Shown here: in pieces, positions 10,754 through 22,399 of the stretch | How positions within the stretch are numbered: position 1 is the stretch's first letter | How the letters are laid out: each line of letters opens with the position of its first letter | Source of the DNA: an uncultured Planctomycetota bacterium | GTDB lineage: Bacteria > Planctomycetota > Planctomycetia > Pirellulales > Lacipirellulaceae | Length of the DNA: 64,000 bases | Reading direction: 5' to 3' | Assembly: GCA_963719315.1 (NCBI GenBank) | Contig: CAVRBU010000002.1 | Coordinates: 1,408,001-1,472,000, forward strand | Notes under the pieces: generated by a model | Databases searched by the model: none | The model's input: only the letters and a program-made list of their open reading frames with translations | What the model was told of the DNA's origin: nothing | Position numbers and translations under genes: made by a program

Positions 10754-12019
10754 CCGCAATCCACAACACAATCTGTGCCAGTCTCTTGCTGGTTGGCGTG
10801 GCCGGTGGCGCCACCTTGCAAGCTGCGGAAACGGCGCGCGATCTTGCGGTCGAGATCAACGACGCCAATCGTGCGTTACGCAGCGGCAATGTCGATGCGG
10901 CAATTGGCGCCTATCGACAGGCGCACGAGTTGGCTCCCGAGAATGCAGACCTGTCTTACAACATGGCCGTAGCTCAGTATCGCAAGGGCGACATTTCCAC
11001 AGCGACGCGCCAGTTCCAAGCGGCTGCCGTCGCAGAAAACGACGCGATTGCCGAGAAAGCACGTTTCAACCTGGGTAACTGCAACTATGCTTCGGCGCTC
11101 CACCTGGCGGACAAGGATCCTCCGGCGGCCATTGAGAGCCTAAAATCCGCGATTGGGAACTATCAGAGCGCCTTGGAGATCGATTCCTCAGACGCCGACG
11201 CACGCGCCAATATCGAGCTCGCCAATCGGCTCATCGACAGGTTGCGCGAAAAAGACGAACAACGGCGTCGCGAGCAGCAACAACAACAAAACAATCAGCA
11301 ACAGAGCGACAAGCAGCAGGACCAGGACCAGAAGAAACAACAAGCATCGCGGGATAATCAACAACAGAATCAGCAGCAGCAAGGCCAGAACAGCGATCAG
11401 CAAAACAAGCCGCAAGACCAACAAGGCCAATCTTCATCTGCCAACAAGGCCGAGGACAAGAAGAATGGTTCCGGCCAAGAGAAGCCCGACCAGAAAGGCG
11501 AGCTGCCCAACAACGACGAAAAGCAATCGCAGTCATCGCAGGATCAAGCAGAATCCCAACAACAGACTAAAAAGGACTCGCCTCAAAAGGAGCAGCAAGA
11601 GAAGCCCTTGAACGAGGGAACACAGTCCGCTGCGGACAATTCGCAGCCCGAATCCTCCCGCCAAGAGAAGCCGCAGGACAACGGGGCCGACCAACCTCAA
11701 TCCCAACAAAGTCAGGATCAACACACTAAGGGCAAACGGCCGGAACAAAACTTCAGCGCCGCCGGCCGGCGAGTCAAACGACAAGCAAGGCAAGGCGGCG
11801 CCGCAGGGAAACCTGTCGGCCACTGGGCAAGCTCCCAAGAATTCCGACAAGCAAGGCAACCAAAATGCGGTGAATGCCGATTCATCGCTCGACGACAAGA
11901 TGACGACTCAAGAGGCTGAAAAAATGCTGCAAGCTATCCGAGACCGCGACATGCTCCGTCGTCTTCAACGACAAGCTGCCGAGCGAAGCCGACACATTCC
12001 GGTTGATCGCGACTGGTAG
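10750..12019 (+). CDS. batC: BatC-like TPR protein with Gln-rich linker; frame break near 11750
   Basis: TPR (FNLGN, DARANIE), poly-Q tract; C-terminal EAEKMLQAIRD...DRDW* in an alternate frame. Confidence 0.8.
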
Positions 12020-12058
12020 TTTTGCGCGTTCCAAAAGCAAACAAATTCGACCTTTGAC

Positions 12059-14945
12059 ATGCGAAACAACTTCTATCAATTCTGGTTTGGCGTCCTGCTG
12101 GTTGCACTAACTGGCGCTATGGCCACCGACGCGTCGGCTGCCGAGGTTCGTGCCGCCATCTCAACGCAAGACACCTACGCCGGCTTGCCGATCACCCTGC
12201 AGATACAGATTAGCAACGCCTCGAAGTTCGAACCGCCAACAATCCCCCCTATCGACGGCCTTGAAATCAAATCTCGCGGTACACCGGCTCGCAGTACGCA
12301 CATCACGACGATCAACGGCAGAACGACTACGAATTCGTCGGTGACCTACGTTTATGAAGTCACGCCGCAGCGCCCTGGCCGATTTCGCATTCCACCCATC
12401 AATGTCCGGGCGGATGGCATTCAGCAACTGACCAACGCAATTGACTTCGTCGCCTCGAAGAGCGAGACCGGCGACCTGGCATTTGTCGAGGTCGCTGGAA
12501 AGGAGAAGCAGATTTATGTCGGTCAGGCTTTGGATCTGACGCTCAAGATCTGGCTCCGGCCCTATCGCGATGCCCAGCGGAACATCACGCTATCCGCCGA
12601 CGACATGTGGCAGATGATCGCCGATAGAACCCGTTGGGGCGCATTTTCCGACCAGGTGAAGCAGTTGGCCGACAACGGCCGGCGGCCCCCCGCGCGGGAG
12701 GTCCTTCGGACGGATCGCGCCGGCAACGAGCACAGCTACTACGTTTACGAGATCAAGGCGACGATTTACCCACAGCGGCCCGGCAAAATCGACGCCAACG
12801 AAATTCACGTGATCGTGGATTACCCAACCGCCTTGGGAAAATCTCGCGATCCGTTTGCCGGCGCTTTTGACGATATTCCACTTCCCGGCGGCCTTTCCAG
12901 AATGTTTGGCGACGACGATTTCCCGTCGCCTTTCGTATCGCGGCTCACCGTGCAGTCCGTGCGACCCGTCGTGGCGAACGCAACCGTCGAGCCAATCGAT
13001 GTGCTACCGATTCCCACCGAGGGCCGACCCGCCGACTATCGTGGGGCCGTCGGCCAATATCAAATCATGACCGAGGCCAGTCCGTTAAGCGTCAAGGCGG
13101 GCGACCCCATCAACTTGCTGGTTGGCATCGTGGGCACCGGCCCAATGGATCTGGTGCAGGCGCCGCCGCTGGCTGACTTGCCCGAATTGACAAGCGACTT
13201 CAAGGTTCCGAGCGAGCCGCTCGCCGGCTTCGTTCACGACGGCCGCAAAATATTCTCGACCACGATCCGCCCGCGCACCGCGGACGTTACTCAGCTCCCT
13301 TCGATTCCATACACCTATTTCGATCCGCAAGCCGGCAAATTCGTCACGGCCCACAGCAAGCCGATTTCGGTACATGTTTCCCCGGCCGAAACCTTACGCG
13401 CTTAACGCGGTCGTTGGTCGACGCGCCAACGCCAGTTTGACGAAGAACGGCGACAGTGCAGCGAAAGTCGAGGGGGCGCCGTTGCTCGAAAACTTCGCGG
13501 GCAATGATCTCTTGGCAAACGAGACACCAACAGTTTTGAACATGAGGTGGCTGGCTCTGCTCATGATACCGCCGCCGTTCGTTGTGCTTGCAATTGTGGT
13601 CGCGAAGAGGCGAAGTCGGCTGCTTCAACTCGCCGGACGATTCGGCTCTGGATATGGGCGAGTCCGCAAGCAGATTGAACAGGCGAAAGACACGGCCGAA
13701 GTCCGCCGCGCCCTGCACTTGTACTTGGTGCGGCGATTTGCCCGTAGCGCTTCATCGGCCGATTCCTTAGCAGTCGTTGGCGTATTGCGCTCGTCGGGTT
13801 TTCGCAACGTAGCGGTTCGTTGTGAACGAATTCTTAACAGTACAAACCTGGTATTTGGCAGTGACGAAATCGACGCCACGCGATCGCTGGATGAAATGAA
13901 GCACGAAGCTCTCGCAGTGCTCGAAGGTCTGCAAACCGAGCGCCGGCGGCAGTGTGCCTGCCCGACTTCTTCGGAGCACTCGCCGCCGCATTCCAAGCGC
14001 CGACCGCCACGCGTATCTCCGGCCACTAGCACGATCCTTACTACGGTGGTTTTTGCAAGCGCTGTGATTCTGATTGGCCTTGCCGCCTCCGCGGCCGAGA
14101 CGCCGTCCTCGCCCGTATCGAGTTCGACTTCAATTGCTGGACATCCGTCTACCGCCTGGCCTAATCCTGGCCCAACACACCTTACCCTCACGATGTATCA
14201 AAAGGAGTCGATTCTGAATGAGGCGAACGACACCTACCAACGTGCGCTGCAAACAGCCGCCAAAGACGCCGCCGATGCAAAGCAGGCGTTTGCAGATGCC
14301 GCCGAAAAGTATCAGCTTCTTGTCGACTCGGGAGTGACCAATAGCCGCTTGTACTTCAATCTGGCCACTGCCAACCTGCAGAGTGGTCAGAGTGGGAAGG
14401 CGATCGCGAACTACCAACGGTCGCTGCGAATCGATCCCACAAACCGCGAATCGCGAGTAAATCTTGCCTACGCGGAACGTGCAGTGAACTTGCAACCCGG
14501 CGCTTCGAATTCCACCGATAGCGAACGCCTTTCAGATTATTTCGGGGGCGTGAATCGTTGGATTTATCAAAGAGTAAGCTTATGGATCATCGGCGCTGCA
14601 TTCATTTTCGCGTGGATCGCGCTGTGGCTGGCCATTGGCATGAAGCTGCTTGCAATTCGCTTTCCTTGGAAATCCGTAATTACCGCGGCAATTCTGGTCG
14701 GTTTCGTCTCCGCAGGACCCTATTCGCAGTGTCTCAAAGACCGAGGCACGCATATTGCGGTTGTCGTTTCCCCATCGGTCACATTGCGCGAAGGCGACGG
14801 TGAAAACTTTGCCACGCTAACTGGTGCCCAATCGCGCGAGGGGCAGGCTGTCGAGCTAATCAAGCGGCGCGGTAACTGGCTCCAAGTCCGGACCCAGTCT
14901 GGCCAGCCCGGCTGGCTTCTCGATTCGACGGTCGAAATCATTTAG
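12059..14945 (+). CDS. batD: BatD-like protein, probably fused to a BatE-like TPR+SH3 region; frame break near 13400
   Basis: GAVGQY and YFDP BatD motifs; downstream ORF has TM, TPR (LYFNLA) and an SH3-like end (GNWLQVR..GWL). Confidence 0.75.
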
Positions 14946-15277
14946 TTCGGCGGTACGCAAATCGCTACCCATCGGCAAGCCGGGTTTCACTTGCTGCCGA
15001 TTTGCTTCCGTGACGAACCAAAAACCACTCTACTCCACAGGTTATCGCGGGCAATTCCGCGGCATAGCGCCTTCACCTCTGATTTACCGTCGCCGCTACC
15101 TCGATTAGAATTAGCGATGCTGCACCTTCCCATTGCTGTAGGTGGGGTGGAGATCGGCATTGAAACGGGACCCACCTGGGGTGCGGAATCGGCATTGAAA
15201 AGGGACCCACCGCAGCGGACTTCGTAAGCTGGATTCCCGGTTTTTAAACTGGGGAATTCAGCGAAGCGGAGTCAAGG

Positions 15278-16983
15278 ATGCTGAAGGTGGAGGATTACGG
15301 CAGGATACGTCGTGCTCATCGCGATGGCATGAGCATTCGGGAGATCGCCCGGACGTTTGGGCATTCGCGACGAAAGATCCGCGAGGCACTGGCGCAGGCA
15401 GAGCCGCGGCCTTACACGCTGTCGCTACCGCGACCGCGGCGGGTGCTGACCGATGTGCACCAGCAATGGATCGGCGCGATTCTCGTCGAAGATGAGCAGG
15501 CGCCTCGCAAGCAACGTCACACAGGAGCGCAACTCTTTCGGCGGCTGCGGGACGAAGAGCAGTACGTCGGCAGCTACGACCAGGTGCGAAGGTACGTGGC
15601 CGCGACGCGGGGGCGGCAGCGCGAAACGTTTCTCCCTTTGTCGTACGAGCCAGGCCAACGGGCCGAGAGCGACTTCGGTCAGATCTGGGTCGACTTCCCG
15701 GAAGGCAGGCGCCAGGTTCCGATCCTGCTGGTGACGTGGGCCTACTCAAACGCCACCTTTATGATTGCGCTGCCGAGCGAAAAGACCGAGGCGATCCTGC
15801 ATGGCACGGTGGCGGCGTTTGCGTTTTTTCGTTGCGTGCCCAAAGAACTGTGGTGGGATAATCCAAGAACCGTTGCGACCACGATTCTGCGTGGCCGCCA
15901 ACGGGAGTTGAACCAGCGCTGGCAGCGCTGGCCAGTCACTACAACTTCGAGCCGTTGTTCTGCCTGCCGGCTCGCGGTAACGAAAAGCCGCACGTCGAGA
16001 ACCGGGTGAAGCTGTTGGATGCGCCAGTGGGCGACGCCGGTCCCTCAAGTGAAGGATCTGACAGAGCTAAATGCCTACCTGCTTCAATGCTGCGAGCGGG
16101 ATGCTCGGCGGACGATTGCGGGCCACAGCGAAACGATCGGCTGCGCTTCGCGACAGAGCAGATTAGCGCCTTGCCGCTGCCCGAGCGCCCGTTTGAAGCC
16201 GCCGTGAGCGAGGTCCGTCAAGTCGACAAGTACCAGACGGTCGCCTGGGAGAAGAATCGCTACAGCGTGCCGCGGCGGCATGCGTTCGCCACGGTCACGG
16301 TAAAAGCCACTATCGATCGCATCGAAGTCATCCGCGACGGCCAGCGGATTGCCCGGCACGAGCGCTCCTACGGACAGGGCGAGCAAGTGCTCGATCCGCT
16401 GCACTACCTGTCCACTCTGGGAGTGAAGCCAGCCTATTTGGATCACACTGACGTCTACCGCAATTGGCGTCTGCCGGCGGCGTTTACCCAGTTGCGCGAA
16501 CATTTTGAAACACGCCACGGATCGTTGCCGGGCGCTCGGCAATTCATCCGCGTGCTGCAGCTGTTGGCAGAGCACCCGCTGACTCGGGTTGAGCAGGCCA
16601 TCCAGGCCTGCCGCGGCGACGGCGTCGTCACGGCCGAGCGGATTGCTGGGCTCTGCGAGCGACTGGCGCTGCGCTCCACCCGCGGCGAAGCGAACCTAAT
16701 CGGGCAGCTGCGATCGATTCCTGCGGTGCAAGTCCCGCTGCCGGACTTGCGCCGCTTTGACTCGTTACTCTCTCACGGAGGAGAAGATCATGGCCCAGAA
16801 AGAAACGCCCCTGTTACTGCGTTCGAACCTCAAGGCGCTACGCCTGCCGACGATGCTGGCCGAGTATGGCAAGCTCGCCGGGGAAGCGACCAACAGCAAC
16901 CAGGACTACCTCGACTATCTGTTGCGCCTGACGGAGTTGGAGTTAGCCACACGCAGTGCCAATGCTCTGCAGGTGCGCATTAA
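15278..16983 (+). CDS. istA: IS21 transposase IstA (several frame breaks at ~15925-16140)
   Basis: HTH start MSIREIAR, YEPGQRAESDFG, WWDN, EKPHVEN; split over three frames. Confidence 0.88.
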
Positions 16984-17560
16984 ACAGGCTGGCTTCCCGG
17001 TGCAGAAGGACCTCGATGCATTCGACTTTAGCGCGGCGCCCGGCCTCTCGAAGCCCAAGATCCTGGAACTGGCCCGCTGCGGCTGGATTGATCAGCGTCA
17101 GAACTGCTGCCTGTTGGGTAGTTCGGGAACTGGAAAAACGCATCTGGCCATCGCCTTGGGCCTGGCCGCCTGCCGACTGGGCAAGCGAGTCCGCTTCTTT
17201 ACCGCTGCCACACTGGTCAATCGCTTGGAAGAGACGCAGAAGCAGTACCAGCTCGAGCGATTGTTGAAGCAGCTCGACAAGCTCGATCTGCTTGTCTGCG
17301 ACGAGCTCGGTTATCTCTCGTTCAATCGCAGCGGAGCGGAACTGCTGTTCCAGGTATTCGCCGATCGCTACGAGCGATCCAGCCTGTTGATCACCAGCAA
17401 CTTGCCGTTCAGCGAATGGCAGCAGGTGTTTCAGGGAGAACGGATGACAGCTGCTCTCTTGGACCGGCTGACGCACCACTGCGAAATCTTTGAGATGAAC
17501 GGTGAAAGCTACCGCTTCCGGGAGTCGATGAAACAAAAGCGAACCACCAAGGGCAAGTAG
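16790..17560 (+). CDS. istB: IS21 helper ATPase IstB
   Basis: GSSGTGKTHLA, LLVCDELGY, TSNL, AALLDRLTHH. Confidence 0.95.
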   Translation: MAQKETPLLLRSNLKALRLPTMLAEYGKLAGEATNSNQDYLDYLLRLTELELATRSANALQVRIKQAGFPVQKDLDAFDFSAAPGLSKPKILELARCGWIDQRQNCCLLGSSGTGKTHLAIALGLAACRLGKRVRFFTAATLVNRLEETQKQYQLERLLKQLDKLDLLVCDELGYLSFNRSGAELLFQVFADRYERSSLLITSNLPFSEWQQVFQGERMTAALLDRLTHHCEIFEMNGESYRFRESMKQKRTTKGK

Positions 17561-17648
17561 CTTTCGGGCGACCCGTCGGCAAAACGTTCGCAAATCGTGC
17601 GCAACAAAATGGAGAGTTTACTCTAACCCATTAAGTGAACTAACGGAG

Positions 17649-17687
17649 GCGGCCGCGCGAGACCTTCGAAGGGTCTCGCGGGCCGCT
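17649..17687 (+). terminator. GC-rich hairpin downstream of istB
   Basis: GCGGCCGCGCGAGACC-TTCGAA-GGGTCTCGCGGGCCGC; no U tract. Confidence 0.45.
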
Positions 17688-17756
17688 CCCCAACTAACCA
17701 GGTGGGCCCAGATTCAACGCCCAGGTGGGTCCCATTTCAATGCCGATCTCCAGTGG

Positions 17757-17813
17757 GGCACGGACCCGCTCGGCTCCTACCGGACGAGGTTCTCCTACAC
17801 CTTGGATCATGCC
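17757..17813 (-). ncRNA. Candidate structured RNA (three-way junction with two AGGAG loops)
   Basis: Minus strand: GGCATGATCC pairs with GGGTCCGTGCC and encloses AGGT-GTAGGAGA-ACCT and CGG-TAGGAG-CCG; folded by eye. Confidence 0.4.
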
Positions 17814-17889
17814 AGGCGTAATAGAGGGCGTAATGATAATATGCGCCAAACAGCGAAATACGAAGAATGGCCGATGAAAAAACTAATCC

Positions 17890-17927
17890 GCCCTCGTAGC
17901 TCAGGGGATAGAGCAGCGGTTTCCTAA
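17890..17927 (+). tRNA. 5' half of a disrupted tRNA-Arg(CCT) (attL)
   Basis: GCCCTCG-TAGCTCAGGGGATAGAGC-A-GCGGT-TTCCTAA, then non-tRNA sequence. Confidence 0.9.
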
Positions 17928-17995
17928 CAGTTTGTGCTTTACAAACCGTAAATCCAAACCTTTGCTAGCGTTGAACTTATAATCAGCAATGAAGT

Positions 17996-18064
17996 GGGTG
18001 TAATTTCCCGAGAAGACTTTCCGACAAGTTGCAACAAATTCGGGTGTATTCCTGCTCCGACAAG
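17996..18064 (+). repeat. Left-end repeats (GGGTGTAWT, TCCGACAAG), candidate integrase arm-type sites
   Basis: GGGTGTAATT 17996, TTCCGACAAG 18019, CGGGTGTATT 18041, TCCGACAAG 18056; the same motifs recur at the right end. Confidence 0.65.
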
Positions 18065-18922
18065 TCACTGAAAACGTGTACCTATCTGGTCGCGGTCACG
18101 AAACCGCGTTTCTATCGATGGCAACTGGCGACTTGTGCCAAAGCAATCTTCACGCGCCAAGCGTCGCTGTGTCCTCAACGCGCCACACTTTTTAGCTCCG
18201 CCATTCTGACGGCTAGCGTGTTGCCGTCTTGCGCAATTCCTGTACGTTCCCCTTTTAGTGCTCGCAACCAACGCAATGTGGCTACCGCGCGGCTAGTGAG
18301 TTTGCGAGAGGTGGTTGTTCGAGCTTAAGAATTGCCGGAATATGTTTGCCAACGAAAGGCGAAGGCGGTAGGGTCAGGCGCATCGGAGTTGAATATGAAA
18401 CTAGTTCTCTTGATCGGCGAAATTTTGCTCGGCTCGCTCTTGGTGACGAACGCTATGGCTGAACCCGGCCAGCCGCCGAACGCAGCGCTTATCCCGCTCA
18501 AAGATATTTGGGCTTACGAAATGCCAGGGACGCGCGATGTCCACGAGCTAGAGCCTGATATGTTCGGACTAAAAATTCGGAAGCTAAGTAGCGCGGAACA
18601 AATAGCGTTAAGTGAAAAATCCCTGACCACTCAAATACTGTATCCGCTGGGACACAACAAGCCGGGGCAAACCGCGATACAAGCATTCGCCGTGACTGGA
18701 ACTGGCGTCGATGCGTTACGCAAGGCAGCAGACATTCTATCGGGCAAGAAAAAACCTCAAACATCATTTCCTGCAAACAGTGATGTCTCGGTAGTTTTCT
18801 TTTCTTATCTGTACGGCTCCTACGTTCATCTGAATAATGTCGAGCAACAACCGGGACTAATCAACATCACGTATCGATTTGTGCCGCATGAAACAGCAAA
18901 CCTAACGAGACACTTTGCCTTA

Positions 18923-19840
18923 GGACCTATCCCAAAATACGTGAACGGGTGTTATTTCCGTGCGTAGGAAAAGGTGAGGAATGGTTTCCGTTCGAATCTC
19001 GTCTTTGCTTGCACGGAGGTGTACATGCACTGCGATTGGCAGGGCAAATTTGCTTGGATGCCCGAAAAGCTTTGGCGGCAGCTTGAACCCTTGCTGCCGA
19101 AGTATCCGCGATCCACGAAGGTTGGGCGACCCCGCGCGAATCTGCGCCGTTGCCAGCGGCATTCTTTATCTGTTGCGCACCGGCTGCCAGTGGAAGGCGC
19201 TGCCGCCACAATTTGGCAGCCCCAGTACCGTTCATCGCTATTTCCAAGAGTGGACTCGCCTGGGTATTTGGCAACGGTTTTGGAAACGGGCGCTGGGGAA
19301 GTACGATCAGAAGCGCGGCATCGCTTGGCGCTGGCAGTCGGTGGACGGCGCGACAACTAAGTCGCCGCTGGGAGGGGAAAAAAACCGGGAAAAACCCCAC
19401 CGATCGAGGTAAGCTCGGAGTCAAGCGATCGGTCTTGACCGACGCCCGCGGCGTTCCTCTGGGCGTCGCGATTGACGGCGCCAATGCTCACGACCAACGT
19501 CTTCTGCGCGACACGCTTCGCTCCATCCCGATTCGACGACCCAGCCGTCGGCGCAAGCAGCACCTGTGTCTCGACAAGGGATACTTTGGCGAACCGTCGA
19601 CAGCTACGGCGAATCGTTTCGGGTACGTGCCTCACATCCGCTGCCGTGGCGAGGAGCAGCGTCGCTGTTGCGCCGGCCACAAAGCTCGACGCTGGGTTGT
19701 CGAAGCCGCGCATTCTTGGACCAACCGCGCCCGCAGGCTCCTGATCCGTTGGGAAAAGAAGGCGGCTAACTATCTTGGGTTCGTTCATCTACAATTCGCC
19801 CTCATCGCCTTAAGGCGATGTGGAATTTTGGGATAGGTCC
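18923..19840 (+). mobile_element. IS5-family element (IS427-like)
   Basis: IR GGACCTATCCCAAAAT / ATTTTGGGATAGGTCC; TTA target duplication. Confidence 0.93.
19025..19836 (+). CDS. IS5-family transposase (frame breaks near 19147 and 19380)
   Basis: LRTGCQW, SVDG, KTGKNPTDRGK, LDKGY, RWVVEAAHSW. Confidence 0.88.
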
Positions 19841-21432
19841 TTAATTCCATTAGGTAAGCTGCCGCCGGGGGACGTGCAAGTTGATATACAACGGTTGCAG
19901 ACGGAACAGAAAATCACTGACACCGGAATTCAGGGGTCGAGGCAATCAGTGGAATCGCAAATCGTTTCAAAATCGTTTCGCTTCAAAGTGAAAGAAAAGG
20001 ACGATTGATCGTCGCAATTTTAGGAAGGTGCGAGATGCGGCCGTTGATTTCGATAAGTCTTTGCGAAATAGTTTTGCTCGCTAGCACATCGTCAGCATTC
20101 GGTGATGCAGCGACGAATGAAGTGAATGGAATTAACCATCCAGGAGGAACTTTCACGGGCGCTGGTATTGGGATTGGACAAGTCGAGGACGATCGACCGG
20201 GCTTAGCCGGCACTGATGCCGCTGGAAACATCCACAGTTCGGTCGTTCCTGCCGCAGTATTCAGGCAAGCTGGCGCAGCAAACACGATGGACGTTGCTGC
20301 ACACGGAGAGCAAGTAGCCGGCATTATGATTTCAACAGACACAACTTTACGTGGTGTCTCTCCTTCCGCTTCACTATACGCCTCTGCTTACGTGACGACA
20401 GGAACCAATCCTGGCTACCAAGATGCGTTAATCTCAATACAACACGTATCGCAGCAAACGAACGTGTGGGCGGTCAACAATAGTTGGCTCAAGCCAAACA
20501 CGGAGCCTACTCTTGATAGCAATTCTCTTATGACATTGGGGATAGATTGGATTGCCAGCCACTACAATAATCTTCAAGTAATGGCAGGGATGGAAACGGG
20601 GCACATTACCCAACCTGTTCCCACCGACAACTACAACGGAATGACAATCGGATATTCGGAACGGGTCGGCGCTGTTTGGCGACAAGTTGGCTCACTCAAC
20701 ATAGTCCAAGACCAACCCAACGGCGGTCGATCATTGATTTCTTTGATTGCGCCCGGTGACGGCTACCCTATGACCGGTCTTGGAACCACGACCGTGACGG
20801 GGCAAATTGGGACAAGTTTTGCCGCACCCCAAGTAACCGGCACCGCAGCATTACTACAGCAGGTTGCCGAGCTTAATATCAACAGCAGTGCCCCGCGATG
20901 GTTCCCTGAAGCTAGAAACCATCAAGTTATTAAGGCCGTGCTGATGAACAGTGCGGACAAGTTGATTGATGATGGGACGGTCATAGTCAACGGGAACGCC
21001 GTACCGCAAGTCGGACTTCTCGGAATGACCCGGACGGTAATCGACCAACAAGGCAACGATTGGTTGTTATCTGAAGCATACGGCGACGGTGTGCAAGATG
21101 GTGGCGGAGCAATACCACTTGATGACCAGATGGGCGCAGGGCACTTGAACGCGACGCGCGCAGTTCAGCAATTCTCGTCAGGTGAATACGACGCCGACAC
21201 TGGCAATGTACCGCTAATAGGATGGGACTTCGGTCACACCACCGGGACGAACTCTACAAACGTCTATCCGATTACAGGGTCATTGGCCGCTGACCATTTC
21301 ATTTCAGTCACCTTAGCATGGGATCGTCACGTTGAATTTTCTAACGACGCAAATAGCAACGACCGATATGACAGCGGTGATACGTTTCAGCCGTCAAAGT
21401 CAACGGACCCTCAATTTGACAGCGATGACTTA

Positions 21433-22399
21433 GAACCCCTAACAAAACCCTTCGGTGAGTATGTTGAAGCAGATGAGAGATTGAGCCAGAGTCACAAAGG
21501 CTTTATGGATATCGGCCCTCCGATCAAATCGCGTTCGCAGCCGCCGGAAATTATTCATCCAACTGAGCGTACGTTCGGAAACCCAACGATAAATTCCTAG
21601 GCCGCTGCCATGTTCCGTATTGCGTTTAGCCAAGTGGGGTTTGATGCCGCGATCGCGGAGTGCTTGTCGGTGCTTTTCGGAGTCGTACGCCCGATCCGCA
21701 TACACCTCTTCCGGACGCTGTTTCGGCCGGCCCGGTTTGCCCGCCACCGGCTCGATTCCGTCAATCAACGGGATCAGTTGGGTCACGTCGTGTCGATTGG
21801 CGGCGGTGAGAATGAATTTGAGCGGGACGCCGTTCGCATCGGTGACCACATGATGTTTACTGCCGGGTTTTCGCCGATCCGTTGGGTTCGGTCCCGTTTT
21901 TTCGCCGCCCCCTACAGCACGAACCGTCGCACTATCGACTGCCGCTCGCGACCAATCGAGTTGATCGGCGCTGCGCAGATTCTCCAACAATGTTTGTTTC
22001 AACGCCTCCCAGACGCCTGCTTCGTGCCACTCCTGTAACCGTCGCCAGCAGGTCATTCCAGATCCACATCCCATTTCCAGGGGAAGATATTCCCAAGGAA
22101 TACCCGTTCGTAAAACAAAAATGATTCCGGTCAAGACTTTGCGATCATCGATCCGCGGTCGGCCTCCTTTGGGGCTCGGTTCGTGTTCAGGGAGTAAAGG
22201 AGACAACATCTCCCACAATTCGTCAGGAACTAATTCTTTAGCCATCGTTGGTCCTCCAGATAGTTGGTTTCACTCCAAAGGAATTCTGGGGACAATCAAC
22301 GCCGTGTCACGACTGCAATTTCAAAAACAAGTTTTACATCTTCCACAACGACTCGAATCAATTACTAGCACTGCTAGTAGACAGTATTGTTAGGGGTTC
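21433..22399 (-). mobile_element. IS5-family element
   Basis: IR GAACCCCTAACAA / TTGTTAGGGGTTC; TTA duplication (21430-21432, 22400-22402). Confidence 0.93.
21439..22245 (-). CDS. IS5-family transposase, intact single ORF
   Basis: LRTGIPW, AVDS, KTGPNPTDR, ADRAY, RWVSERTLSW. Confidence 0.93.
   Translation of the reverse strand: MAKELVPDELWEMLSPLLPEHEPSPKGGRPRIDDRKVLTGIIFVLRTGIPWEYLPLEMGCGSGMTCWRRLQEWHEAGVWEALKQTLLENLRSADQLDWSRAAVDSATVRAVGGGEKTGPNPTDRRKPGSKHHVVTDANGVPLKFILTAANRHDVTQLIPLIDGIEPVAGKPGRPKQRPEEVYADRAYDSEKHRQALRDRGIKPHLAKRNTEHGSGLGIYRWVSERTLSWMNNFRRLRTRFDRRADIHKAFVTLAQSLICFNILTEGFC

Larger units (their letters stand above)
15148..17752 (+). mobile_element. IS21-family insertion sequence
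   Basis: Terminal IR TGGAGATCGGCATTGAAA / TTTCAATGCCGATCTCCA, repeated subterminal copies, 6-bp target duplication GTGGGG (15142-15147, 17753-17758). Confidence 0.95.
18395..20008 (+). pseudogene. Secreted hypothetical protein interrupted by an IS5-family element
   Basis: Signal peptide; removing the IS and one TTA rejoins ...RHFAL|IPLGKLPPG... in frame. Confidence 0.8.

Noticed and set aside
11260..11720. CAA/CAG-rich low-complexity tract
   Set aside because: Ordinary Gln-rich linker of BatC-type proteins.
17800..17830. GGATCATGCCAGGCGTAA resembles the 3' part of a TPP riboswitch
   Set aside because: No CTGAGA or ACCTGA core and no thiamine gene nearby; the minus-strand fold explains the region better.
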